A stretch of 64,000 nt of DNA, taken from positions 1-64,000 of the IMG/VR virus record IMGVR_UViG_3300001765_000263; one strand, given 5' to 3'. Below, one piece after another: positions 1 through 7,743 of this stretch. The DNA comes from a virus (Duplodnaviria; Heunggongvirae; Uroviricota; Caudoviricetes). The translations under genes were made by a program, and so were the position numbers. Numbering within the stretch: the first letter of the stretch is position 1; every line of letters starts with the position of its first letter. Below the pieces are notes generated by a model that saw only the letters and a program-made list of their open reading frames with translations, searched no databases and was not told where the DNA came from.

Positions 1-69
1 GTATCATACGGTGCAGCAACAGCAGCAATCACAGTAGTAATTCTTAGTCTTATTGTTATTATTTTTTGA
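1..69 (+). CDS. 3' end of an upstream gene (partial). The last 22 codons, ...GAATAAITVVILSLIVIIF*, are hydrophobic, so this may be the tail of a membrane protein such as an NfeD-like partner of the SPFH gene that follows.
   Basis: Frame 1 is open from the window edge to TGA at 67-69. The encoded stretch is strongly hydrophobic. No start is visible. Confidence 0.25.
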   Translation, partial: VSYGAATAAITVVILSLIVIIF

Positions 70-79
70 AAGGTATATC

Positions 80-871
80 ATGAAGAAGTCTATTATCGCT
101 ATTGCAACTATCGCAGCATTGACCACTGTCGGTTGCGCTCGTGTGGAAACTGGTGAGGTTGGTGTTCGTGTTGGATTTGATAAACAAATTAAACAGGGAG
201 AACTGTTGCCTGGGTCATTCAATCAAACTATCATTGGTGATGTTCTTACCTTCCCTGTTAAGGATGTCAATGTCGTATTGGAAAATATGACTCCCGTTGC
301 AAAAGACAACAGCACAATGAAAGACTTTGATGCAGTGATTGTGTATAATATCAATGCACAACAAGTGTCGGAACTATACAGCACAAAGAATCGTTCGTTT
401 CATGCTGCACAAGGTGGTGACATTTATCTGATGTATAACTACGTCGTGCAAAATGCTCGTAATGCAATTTACAAAGCAGCACGAAAATATGAAGCACTGG
501 ATATGGCAGACAATCGTGAAACAATGGAACAATCAATCCGTGAAGATATGGTGCGAAATCTTGCAGAGGAAAAACTTGATGGTTCAATCGTGATTACTCA
601 AGTAATGATTCGTAATGTTATTCCAGCAGATTCAGTTGTTGCAAGTGCGAATGAACTGGTTCGTTCTAAAAACGAATTGAAACAAAAAGAAGTCGAAGTC
701 AAGACTGCCAAGATGGAAGCAGAACGTATGGCAGCACTTGCTAATCAATCGTCACAAAGTATTGCCTACATGCAAGCACAAGCAATGATGAATATTTCTG
801 AAGGTATCAAGAGTGGCAAAGTACAAACAATCATTGTTCCCTCTAACTTCACTGGATTGATGATGAAATGA
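80..871 (+). CDS. SPFH/band-7 (prohibitin/HflC-like) lipoprotein
   Basis: Probable ATG start at 80 with GAAAGG 8 nt upstream (the track's 53 start is a TTG). Signal peptide with a lipobox-like ...LTTVGC. Core GVRVGFDK...GELLPG...FPVKDVNV resembles the SPFH domain. Coiled-coil-like C-terminus. Confidence 0.55.
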   Translation: MKKSIIAIATIAALTTVGCARVETGEVGVRVGFDKQIKQGELLPGSFNQTIIGDVLTFPVKDVNVVLENMTPVAKDNSTMKDFDAVIVYNINAQQVSELYSTKNRSFHAAQGGDIYLMYNYVVQNARNAIYKAARKYEALDMADNRETMEQSIREDMVRNLAEEKLDGSIVITQVMIRNVIPADSVVASANELVRSKNELKQKEVEVKTAKMEAERMAALANQSSQSIAYMQAQAMMNISEGIKSGKVQTIIVPSNFTGLMMK

Positions 872-1089
872 AAAATGGATTTACACTTATTGAAATGATG
901 ATCGTACTTGCAATTCTTGGAATTCTTGCTGCTGTTATCATTCCAGCAATTAGTGGATCACCACAAAGAGATCATCAATGTAAAGCAGGGTACAAATTCA
1001 CCCTTGGTGGGCAACAGATTATTGGTCAAAATGGTGGTGGTGTTCCCTGCGATGTTGTATCAGTTCCAAACGGTATTGGATTTCATTAA
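868..1089 (+). CDS. type IV prepilin-like protein (class III signal peptide)
   Basis: MKNG|FTLIEMMIVLAILGILAAVIIPAISG is the canonical prepilin leader: a short basic leader, Gly at -1, Phe at +1, Glu at +5 and a hydrophobic helix. The ATG overlaps the preceding stop (ATGA). Confidence 0.55.
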   Translation: MKNGFTLIEMMIVLAILGILAAVIIPAISGSPQRDHQCKAGYKFTLGGQQIIGQNGGGVPCDVVSVPNGIGFH

Positions 1090-1233
1090 ATGAACAGTCC
1101 TTATTATTATCCACAAAATACAAATAATTGGGAATCTCGTGAATACTGTGCTCATTGTGGAATTTTATGTAGAACGTATGGATATAATGGGCGATTTATT
1201 TGTGATACTTGCATTGCGAAAGGATTGAGATAA
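1090..1233 (+). CDS. 47-aa zinc-ribbon miniprotein (CxHC...CxxC); not in the ORF track
   Basis: ATG at 1090 directly follows the stop of the previous gene. Encodes ...EYCAHCGILCRTYGYNGRFICDTCIAKGLR*. The stop TAA at 1231-1233 overlaps the next ATG. Confidence 0.3.
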   Translation: MNSPYYYPQNTNNWESREYCAHCGILCRTYGYNGRFICDTCIAKGLR

Positions 1234-1550
1234 TGAGCAATTACGTACCTGATGCTTGGGTGATTGTGAAATTAACTTCCAAAGGAGAAATACATCACAG
1301 AGTATTCGCAGGGTGGTATGGTGGATATCTTGGCAGTGATAGTTGGAAGATGAATTCTGGAATTACCAGAGTGGAAGATTGTGGCACATATTATCGGTTT
1401 CATGGTGAGTCTGGTAGTACATACGAATGTCATAAGGAAGCAGAACGCATGACTGGATATATGGCACAAATTTATACAAACTTTAAGTCACAAGAGACCG
1501 ATGACTTGAAAATTGAAATGATTGATTATAAGGATATGATACTGTGTTAA
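1233..1550 (+). CDS. hypothetical protein (105 aa)
   Basis: ATG at 1233 (MSNYVPDAW...). The track's 1209 start is a TTG, and the ATG is more likely. Coding-like, no recognisable motif. Confidence 0.45.
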   Translation: MSNYVPDAWVIVKLTSKGEIHHRVFAGWYGGYLGSDSWKMNSGITRVEDCGTYYRFHGESGSTYECHKEAERMTGYMAQIYTNFKSQETDDLKIEMIDYKDMILC

Positions 1551-1879
1551 ATGAACCGTGGAAAAGTGGATCATTGTTTAATTATCTTGTTGCTGGTCCA
1601 GGTCTGTTTGATGGTGATGACAGAATCATAATGAGTTTTAGTATGGATGGATCAATGAATACATTTGCGGTTGATGTAAATATTGCCCGTAGATTTGCTG
1701 ATGATATTCTTCGTGCTGCGAATCATATTGATCCTTTGTGTGATGAACCAGAGGAAGAAGATATTAATGTGTGTCCCAATTGCGGTGGTCCTGCTGATAA
1801 TGGGTTTAGTCGGGAGATTCCCCCATCACCGTATCTTTGTACTAAATGCGAGGTGAAATATGAAAATCGAAATGTGTGA
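1544..1879 (+). CDS. hypothetical protein with C-terminal zinc ribbon (CPNCGG...CTKCE)
   Basis: GTG start overlapping the previous stop. CxxC...CxxC pair near the C-terminus. The first in-frame ATG is 30 codons in. Confidence 0.4.
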   Translation: MLNEPWKSGSLFNYLVAGPGLFDGDDRIIMSFSMDGSMNTFAVDVNIARRFADDILRAANHIDPLCDEPEEEDINVCPNCGGPADNGFSREIPPSPYLCTKCEVKYENRNV

Positions 1880-2054
1880 TCGTGATGGAACTAAAGTAAT
1901 TGTAGGATATGAATATATACCAAACGATGAACTTGGATATGATGAACCCTTGTTTTTCATTGAAACAAATTATGAAACAGTTACATTGGTAATGGGTAAA
2001 TCTGATTTGACTCGTTTATCAAATGTTATTAACTTTTTGAGGGATGGAATATAA
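1860..2054 (+). CDS. hypothetical protein (64 aa)
   Basis: ATG with GAGGTGAAAT upstream. Start/stop-coupled with its neighbours. Confidence 0.4.
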   Translation: MKIEMCDRDGTKVIVGYEYIPNDELGYDEPLFFIETNYETVTLVMGKSDLTRLSNVINFLRDGI

Positions 2055-2335
2055 TGACCCCCACTATCGTATTACAGACAAAATACGGATATCATTTTTA
2101 TAATGCAACTCTTATGGAATTTAACGAACATAAAGACAGTGATCATCTAGCAGAATTCAAAAACATTGTCTTTAACGAAAGGCAACAAACAGAAAGAAAA
2201 TTGTTGCAATTATTAGATGATTCTGATACGATTAGACTCCATAAAATGGACGACGAAGACCTAGATGGTTGGCAATTGTTCAAAGAACTTTCAGACAAAT
2301 ATTCGACACTAAATTACTTTTACTCTAGGAAATAA
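2054..2335 (+). CDS. hypothetical protein (93 aa)
   Basis: ATG overlaps the previous TAA (TAATG). Coding-like. Confidence 0.45.
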   Translation: MTPTIVLQTKYGYHFYNATLMEFNEHKDSDHLAEFKNIVFNERQQTERKLLQLLDDSDTIRLHKMDDEDLDGWQLFKELSDKYSTLNYFYSRK

Positions 2336-2336
2336 A

Positions 2337-2546
2337 ATGCGTAAGCGACTTGTAACACTTGAAAAATACGAAAACATTGCTACTGGTGATATCTATTATG
2401 GATATCCGGTTAAGGAAGCAAGTACTAAATTGATTGATGGAATAACTTATATCGAGGTCACGAGCAGCATTACCAAACCAAAGATCAGTTTCATCAAACT
2501 AGATAACCTTCGTCGTATTGGTCAAACAACTTTTGAAAGGGACTAA
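2337..2546 (+). CDS. hypothetical protein (69 aa)
   Basis: ATG at 2337, 1 nt after the previous stop. Confidence 0.45.
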   Translation: MRKRLVTLEKYENIATGDIYYGYPVKEASTKLIDGITYIEVTSSITKPKISFIKLDNLRRIGQTTFERD

Positions 2547-2547
2547 A

Positions 2548-2763
2548 ATGTTTTTAACAGAAGTCCTCTTCCATAAGAAGATTGAAGATATAGTATGGGA
2601 AAAATCAATCTCATATCTTGATGCCGTTGTATGGTATTGCAAAGAAAATGAAATCGATCCAGAGGATATTGCAAAACTCATAACCACCAATCTCAAAGGT
2701 AAGATTCAGAATGATGCTATGAATGAAGGACTATTAAAACGTGAAGCACAACTGCCAATATGA
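2548..2763 (+). CDS. hypothetical protein (71 aa)
   Basis: ATG at 2548 with AAGGGA upstream. The track's 2518 start is a TTG inside the previous gene. Confidence 0.4.
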   Translation: MFLTEVLFHKKIEDIVWEKSISYLDAVVWYCKENEIDPEDIAKLITTNLKGKIQNDAMNEGLLKREAQLPI

Positions 2764-2840
2764 ACAGACTTGATTTTCTTATCTGGTGTGCTCTTGTTCC
2801 AGTTATTATTTTTCTAACCATTTACCGCATATGGACTTAA
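2760..2840 (+). CDS. possible 26-aa hydrophobic micropeptide (MNRLDFLIWCALVPVIIFLTIYRIWT)
   Basis: ATG overlaps the upstream TGA (ATGA), and the stop abuts the next ATG at 2841. It fills the gap exactly. A single predicted TM helix. Confidence 0.2.
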   Translation: MNRLDFLIWCALVPVIIFLTIYRIWT

Positions 2841-3476
2841 ATGAATGGATATGGGTTTTACAAAATATACAAACCACTCCATCTACACTTTACAACATCA
2901 GACTATGATGTGTTTAAGTATAATGGAAAAGTCAAATCACTAAATAATGAATCATACAACAAACGAAAAGATGCAAACTTATTTGAATCATGGTCTGCTC
3001 ACTTTCACTCAGCAAAAAATATAGGACAATACTGCCTTGCAAACTTTATTTACAATGAACCAAATTGGGTGTATCAATCAAAGCAACAAGCAGACGAGAC
3101 ATTTTTAAAATGGAAATCTATCCGTGACTCTCAACTACACTTTTTAAAAAATGACCTCAATGTATTATCGAAAATTGTGGAAGCAAAGAAAGTCCAATCA
3201 TTTTGGAACCTCTTTGAAAAAACTCCATCAGGAAATAAACCACCTCTTTTACAACTATTCATTGCAGGATCTTTTGGTAAAGAGTCTATTATTATCATTG
3301 ATCATTGGTGTTATCCTTTTCTCACTAAATGGGAGCACCAATATGAAATAGACCCACTTATCTCAGATCAAATTTTCACACTAAAGAAATACGCACCATT
3401 CATAGTTAATACTATCGATAGTGCAAAAGTAAAAGAACTGTTTAGGGAGACCACTAAAGAAAATGAAACAACTTGA
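2841..3476 (+). CDS. hypothetical protein (211 aa)
   Basis: ATG start, coding-like, no recognisable motif. Confidence 0.5.
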   Translation: MNGYGFYKIYKPLHLHFTTSDYDVFKYNGKVKSLNNESYNKRKDANLFESWSAHFHSAKNIGQYCLANFIYNEPNWVYQSKQQADETFLKWKSIRDSQLHFLKNDLNVLSKIVEAKKVQSFWNLFEKTPSGNKPPLLQLFIAGSFGKESIIIIDHWCYPFLTKWEHQYEIDPLISDQIFTLKKYAPFIVNTIDSAKVKELFRETTKENETT

Positions 3477-3684
3477 TGAACTGACTGAATTTGTCAAACC
3501 AAAGAAAATCCGTAAGGATAAGAGGCATGGAGAGAAAGTATTTTTTGATGATGAACAAGACATGCACAAACGCGCAAAGCGTAAGGGACATAGTAAATTG
3601 AAACCTGTTGAAGTTAATCTTGATGATATTGATATCGATCATGAGTATGGAAATTTTGACGACTGGAAGAGGTATCTAAAATGA
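3463..3684 (+). CDS. small highly basic/acidic protein (73 aa)
   Basis: ATG at 3463 overlaps the previous gene. Lys/Arg-rich N-terminal half and Asp-rich C-terminal half. Confidence 0.4.
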   Translation: MKQLDELTEFVKPKKIRKDKRHGEKVFFDDEQDMHKRAKRKGHSKLKPVEVNLDDIDIDHEYGNFDDWKRYLK

Positions 3685-3860
3685 TTAAATACAAAATTGA
3701 ATTTTCGACGGGAGAAGTTAGACTAATATCATTCATTGACCAACAAGCGTTCAGCAAGTTTCTCGAAGATGAGGGCAAAAATATTATGTTCGCTGGACGT
3801 ATCATTGACGAACAGTTTGACCCATCCATTCGTGGAACTGGATCATTTTTACAAGAGTAA
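3681..3860 (+). CDS. small hypothetical protein (59 aa); not in the ORF track
   Basis: ATG at 3681 overlaps the TGA of the previous gene (ATGA). It ends 10 nt before the ATG at 3871 and explains the region better than the TTG-initiated 5' extension of the 3736 ORF. Confidence 0.3.
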   Translation: MIKYKIEFSTGEVRLISFIDQQAFSKFLEDEGKNIMFAGRIIDEQFDPSIRGTGSFLQE

Positions 3861-3870
3861 GGAAACCCGA

Positions 3871-4407
3871 ATGAGTGAGATATTTAAAATTCTGGAATCA
3901 AATGTTGATGTGAGCAAGATTCTCAAACAACTAAATGACAACCCCAATGATTGGACTGAAGTACGTAATATCAAAAACATCTACGGAAACTTTATGTCAC
4001 AGTTTTTTCTACCATTAACTATTGGTGTTGTCAATGATAGGAATGTCAGTATATATGATGCTGAAGATCAAGAAAACACTCACCTATATCAAAAATATAA
4101 TGAGATGACCTCTTGGTTGGTGAGCAGAGGATTTGCTAATCATTCAAGAGCAGCATTTTTTAAACTGCCAATTGGTGGGTCGATTGGACTGCATGATGAG
4201 CAGGGAAAGTATTATGCGTCTAGAGACAGATTCCATTTGTCTATACAAGGACGATACAGATACCTTGTTGGTGGTGAAGAATACATCATTGAACCTGGGA
4301 CGTTTTTTTGGTTTGACAATAAATTAATGCATGCTGCATATAACATCGATACCGTTGAACGTATCAGTTTTGTTTGGGACGCACCATATGGAACTATAAA
4401 AATTTGA
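3871..4407 (+). CDS. aspartyl/asparaginyl beta-hydroxylase-like 2OG-Fe(II) oxygenase (cupin)
   Basis: ATG at 3871 with AAGGA 8 nt upstream. GLHDEQ...RFHLSIQG...GTFFWFDNKLMHAAYN matches the HxD...H iron-binding motif, the R-x-HL element and the FDD..HE..N element of the AspH family. Confidence 0.55.
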   Translation: MSEIFKILESNVDVSKILKQLNDNPNDWTEVRNIKNIYGNFMSQFFLPLTIGVVNDRNVSIYDAEDQENTHLYQKYNEMTSWLVSRGFANHSRAAFFKLPIGGSIGLHDEQGKYYASRDRFHLSIQGRYRYLVGGEEYIIEPGTFFWFDNKLMHAAYNIDTVERISFVWDAPYGTIKI

Positions 4408-4436
4408 TGATAAATTGCAGGTGCAGTAAAATGTTG

Positions 4437-4444
4437 TATAAATA
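4437..4444 (+). promoter_or_regulatory. T4-type late-promoter-like box, TATAAATA
   Basis: Exact TATAAATA about 95 nt upstream of the gp32 ATG, in an intergenic region. Confidence 0.35.
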
Positions 4445-4480
4445 ACTGATGAGAGGTAAATTAATGATGAAATGTTAAAC

Positions 4481-4520
4481 ACGTATAAAATCGTATCTAA
4501 TCGTATCTAATCGTATCTTA
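4481..4520 (+). repeat. tandem decamer repeat (acgtataaaa / tcgtatctaa x2 / tcgtatctta) directly upstream of the gp32 ribosome-binding site; candidate translational operator
   Basis: Three or four head-to-tail copies of a 10-nt AU-rich unit end 3 nt before AAGGAG, which is followed by the ATG at 4538. Confidence 0.4.
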
Positions 4521-4537
4521 AATAAGGAGTAACACAT

Positions 4538-5404
4538 ATGGCAAGTAAAGCATTTGAAAATTTGTTAGCTGCGGCTAATAAGGCAAGATCTGGTGGTTCC
4601 ACATATTCTGACGACAAAGAAAATCAGTGGATGGCAGAACAGGACAAAGCAGGAAATGGATTTGCAATTATTCGTTTCTTACCTGGGAAAACTGAAGACG
4701 ATATTCCATTTGTAAAAATCTACAATCATGGATTTCAAAATGAGAGTGGTAAGTGGTTTGTTGAAAATTGTCCAACAACTCTAGAAAAGAATTGTCCTGT
4801 TTGTGAAGCAAACGGTGTCCTTTGGAATAGTGGTATTGAAGCAAACAAGGATATCGTGCGTAAGCGTAAGCGCAAATTGAAGTATGCATCTAACGTACTT
4901 GTTGTTCAAGATAGCAAGAATCCAGAAAATGAAGGCAAGGTATTTATCTTCAAGTATGGACAAAAAATCTTTGACAAGATCGTGTATGCAATGCAACCAG
5001 CAGTTGATGACAAAGGCAATCCTATCGATCCTGATGAAGTGCCAATCAATCCTTTTGATCCTGTTGAAGGGGCGAATTTTAAACTCAAGATTCGCAAGGT
5101 TGATGGATTTGCAAACTTTGATAAGTCAGAATTTGAAGACACATCTGAAATTAAGAATTTTGATGAAATCATTACACAGATTCATTCATTGGAAGATATT
5201 GTTGCACCTAGCAAGTTCAAGGACTTCGATGCATTGAAGGAAAAACTTGACAAAGTTTTAGGTGGAACACCAACCGTTAAGGAAAAGAATGACGATGAGA
5301 AGTTTGTCGAAAAAGCAAAGAATGTGACTAAAACCACCGTCGTTGATGACGATGAAGATGACGAATCAACTATGGAAATGTTTAGGTCGTTAGCAGAAGA
5401 CTAA
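4538..5404 (+). CDS. 32: single-stranded DNA-binding protein, T4 gp32 family
   Basis: Strong AAGGAG RBS. AGNGFAIIRFLPGK...FVKIYNHGF...GKWFVENCPTT...CPVCE...NVLVVQDSKNPENEGKVFIFKYGQKIFDKI...EGANFKLKIRKVDGFANFDKSEF is collinear with T4 gp32, including the Zn-binding Cys/His cluster and an acidic C-terminal tail. Confidence 0.93.
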   Translation: MASKAFENLLAAANKARSGGSTYSDDKENQWMAEQDKAGNGFAIIRFLPGKTEDDIPFVKIYNHGFQNESGKWFVENCPTTLEKNCPVCEANGVLWNSGIEANKDIVRKRKRKLKYASNVLVVQDSKNPENEGKVFIFKYGQKIFDKIVYAMQPAVDDKGNPIDPDEVPINPFDPVEGANFKLKIRKVDGFANFDKSEFEDTSEIKNFDEIITQIHSLEDIVAPSKFKDFDALKEKLDKVLGGTPTVKEKNDDEKFVEKAKNVTKTTVVDDDEDDESTMEMFRSLAED

Positions 5405-5406
5405 AC

Positions 5407-5432
5407 AAAACGGGGCGCAAGCCCCGTTTTTT
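5407..5432. terminator. rho-independent hairpin terminator at a convergent gene junction; could act in both directions
   Basis: aaaacggggc-GCAA-gccccgtttt is a perfect 10-bp stem with a 4-nt loop. An A-run lies 5' and a T-run 3'. It sits 3 nt after the gp32 stop. Confidence 0.7.
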
Positions 5433-5544
5433 ATTGCTTGACTGGTTGTGGCGATAGTGGTAATGGTGTCAATGGCATTGGCACTTTTCCAGTTGGTGTG
5501 TGCATATATCCGAATGGTGGAATTTTATCTGGTGGGTTTGTCAT
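5431..5544 (-). CDS. possible 37-aa Pro-rich miniprotein (MTNPPDKIPPFGYMHTPTGKVPMPLTPLPLSPQPVKQ)
   Basis: Strong AGGAG 5 nt upstream of the ATG (at 5544 on the minus strand). The RBS overlaps the stop of the upstream 729-aa gene. The stop runs into the terminator T-run. Confidence 0.25.
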   Translation of the reverse strand: MTNPPDKIPPFGYMHTPTGKVPMPLTPLPLSPQPVKQ

Positions 5545-5553
5545 AATGTCTCC

Positions 5554-7743
5554 TTAATATGCGGGTCTAGTATTTCTCATCCATGAACTATCTTGATTCA
5601 CAGGTTGAGTTCTCATAGACAATGCCGTGGTATTATTATTAATGGTGTTTGTGCTCTTGTTAATTGTCATGCCTTTTTCTTCTTTACTAGGTTCTTTTGC
5701 TTTATCTACTAACGCTTGTTTGATTGCCTCATTATTTTCCAATACTTCTGGAACCTCATTTAGTTTTGTTGCTGCTGGCGATATTTTCCCCTTTGCAGTT
5801 CTTTGCAATTCTTCTGGATCAGTATTTGCCTCAACAGTGGCAAGATCTGCTTGAGTTTGATCTGCAACAATTGCCTTAGATTTGATCAATTCCGGTGGAA
5901 CCTTAACCTCAAACTTTTTCCATATATCATCTGCTTGCTCTTGAGTGAAGAATTTTCTTGCTTCAATCTTGTCATCAACAATACCCCTTTGAACTCTTTT
6001 TTCGTTTGCTTTCTTCCAATTAAATATATCTTTCGTCTCTGCTAATCCAGCATCACTAGATTCTTTAATGGCAGTAGTATTGAGTTCTGCTGCTATATCT
6101 TTTTGCTTTCTTGCTTCCTGTTTAACTTCGTTTGCTTTCTTCCAGTCGTCTAGTGCCTTTGCTGCAAAATATGTTGCAACTGCAACTGCAATATGTGGTC
6201 CGAATGCAAGCAACCCTTTAAGAAGTAATGGCCCAACAGTCTCCGCTAACATTGGTCCTAATTTTGTGAGCAATCCACCAAATAAAGAATTGAATGTGTT
6301 CTTTAACTTATCGAACAGTGATCCTTTATCTTCCTTTTTTTTCTTCTTTTCATCTGTATTGTCAGCAATTTTTTCTAACAACTCAGTGTTTTTATCTTTA
6401 GCATTTTCTGCTTCATACTTGTCTTCTGAGGATTGTCTCTTGAACGGATTTAATGACATTATACTTCTTGCAACAGATGATAAAGCAGAACCAAACCCTT
6501 TTGATTTACCAACCTGTGTTGTTGCTGCTGGTGTTGGTGTTACTGATTCTGGTGCGCCAAATGGTGTATGCAATCCAGTTGGTGTTGTCACTGGTGTAGG
6601 ATGCCATGACGGTATTGGAGTTGCTGGTGTTGGTGCTGCTTTTGATCCAAGCAAACCCCTACCTAGTCTGCCAACACCCTTTGCAAGACTACCAATTCCT
6701 CTACTTGCCCATCCCATTAGTCTGCCAGTTCCTCTTACAGCAGAACCACCAATTTCTAATCCAGCACCACCGACAGTCTTTATGACATCGTATGAATTGA
6801 GCATAAACCTTCCTGCATCAGTTGCACCAACAGTACCTCTAACACCCGCTTTAAGTGCTCTACCTACTATCGCAGTATTAGAACCAATTTTCATTCCTGC
6901 TGATTTGCCACTGCCACTTCCACCACCTACTCTGGTGTTCTCTTCAATCTTTTTTAGTAAATTGATGACCTCTTTGTTTATTATTTTCCCACCACTAGAT
7001 TTCGGATCAATACCCTTTTCCAACATCTTCTGATGTATTTCTTCTTCACGCTCATTGCGTTTTTCACTTGATCTTTCTGCTTCAATGGCATCAATAAATG
7101 TGCCAAGGACTGGACTCATGCGTAATGCTGCCTTACCCCATCTTTTCATCTTTTGAACATACGAGGTTTTCTTTTTTGCTTTGCCAGCAGTTGGCGACAA
7201 TGGCAGACCACTAGGGGTTGTGGGTGGTGTTGGAGAAGGTGCGCCACCAAATGGTGTGTGTAATCCTGTTGGTGTCGGTGTGCCAGTTGGTGCAGTTGGT
7301 GCAGTTGGTGCAGTTGGTGACGGAGTAGGTGTAGGTGGTGGAACTGGTTCTGTTTCTGGTTTTGGTGTAGGGAATGCAGATGTTTCTGGTATTAATATTT
7401 TATCTTCTAAATCTTTGGCGATTTTGGCAACGTCTATATCTGGTTGTTTTTTAAAATTTTTATTGACATACTTAGTCAATGCACTAACCAAAATTCTTTT
7501 TTGTGCTCCTTTGTTAGTGTATTGGTCATTAATCTTATCCATAAGGGCAACACCAGCATCATAGTTAGCATTAGCAACCTCTTTAACATTAAGACGTTTC
7601 TTCATGCCCTCATACCATGCGTGTTCTTTTATATTAATATATTTCTGAATCTCATTGTACCCACGTTTATGTTTTTTCTTGATCTCATTTAAAGTGTCGT
7701 TAAGATCTGCCACATCTTGGGTTATTTTGCTTACATTTTTCAT
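5554..7743 (-). CDS. low-complexity baseplate hub / tail-length (tape-measure-like) protein, gp29-like by position
   Basis: 729 aa with an ATG start and AAAAGG RBS. Pro/Thr-rich (PTAPTAPTAP) and Gly-rich (GRLGRGLLGS) tracts, one hydrophobic helix, and Lys/Glu-rich coiled-coil-like segments. It lies at the end of the hub operon next to tube-fold and hub genes. There is no direct sequence match; this is a positional and compositional inference. Confidence 0.4.
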   Translation of the reverse strand: MKNVSKITQDVADLNDTLNEIKKKHKRGYNEIQKYINIKEHAWYEGMKKRLNVKEVANANYDAGVALMDKINDQYTNKGAQKRILVSALTKYVNKNFKKQPDIDVAKIAKDLEDKILIPETSAFPTPKPETEPVPPPTPTPSPTAPTAPTAPTGTPTPTGLHTPFGGAPSPTPPTTPSGLPLSPTAGKAKKKTSYVQKMKRWGKAALRMSPVLGTFIDAIEAERSSEKRNEREEEIHQKMLEKGIDPKSSGGKIINKEVINLLKKIEENTRVGGGSGSGKSAGMKIGSNTAIVGRALKAGVRGTVGATDAGRFMLNSYDVIKTVGGAGLEIGGSAVRGTGRLMGWASRGIGSLAKGVGRLGRGLLGSKAAPTPATPIPSWHPTPVTTPTGLHTPFGAPESVTPTPAATTQVGKSKGFGSALSSVARSIMSLNPFKRQSSEDKYEAENAKDKNTELLEKIADNTDEKKKKKEDKGSLFDKLKNTFNSLFGGLLTKLGPMLAETVGPLLLKGLLAFGPHIAVAVATYFAAKALDDWKKANEVKQEARKQKDIAAELNTTAIKESSDAGLAETKDIFNWKKANEKRVQRGIVDDKIEARKFFTQEQADDIWKKFEVKVPPELIKSKAIVADQTQADLATVEANTDPEELQRTAKGKISPAATKLNEVPEVLENNEAIKQALVDKAKEPSKEEKGMTINKSTNTINNNTTALSMRTQPVNQDSSWMRNTRPAY
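7284..7319. repeat. 9-bp tandem repeat x4 (cagttggtg) inside the gp29-like gene
   Basis: Perfect head-to-tail 9-mers, in frame, encoding (PTA)n on the minus strand. Confidence 0.6.

Noticed and set aside
4-222. Minus-strand 72-aa ORF at the window start (ends in CDCCCCC)
   Set aside because: It overlaps the SPFH gene start and the upstream gene's tail in antisense. It has no RBS and an odd composition. It is a spurious ORF in AT-rich DNA.
6068-7564. Long plus-strand ORFs (6068-7033, 7181-7564) opposite the 729-aa minus-strand gene
   Set aside because: They are antisense read-through of Pro/Thr/Gly-rich low-complexity coding sequence. They lack RBS and plausible starts, and their products are compositionally degenerate. 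The minus-strand gene has an RBS and a coherent domain layout.
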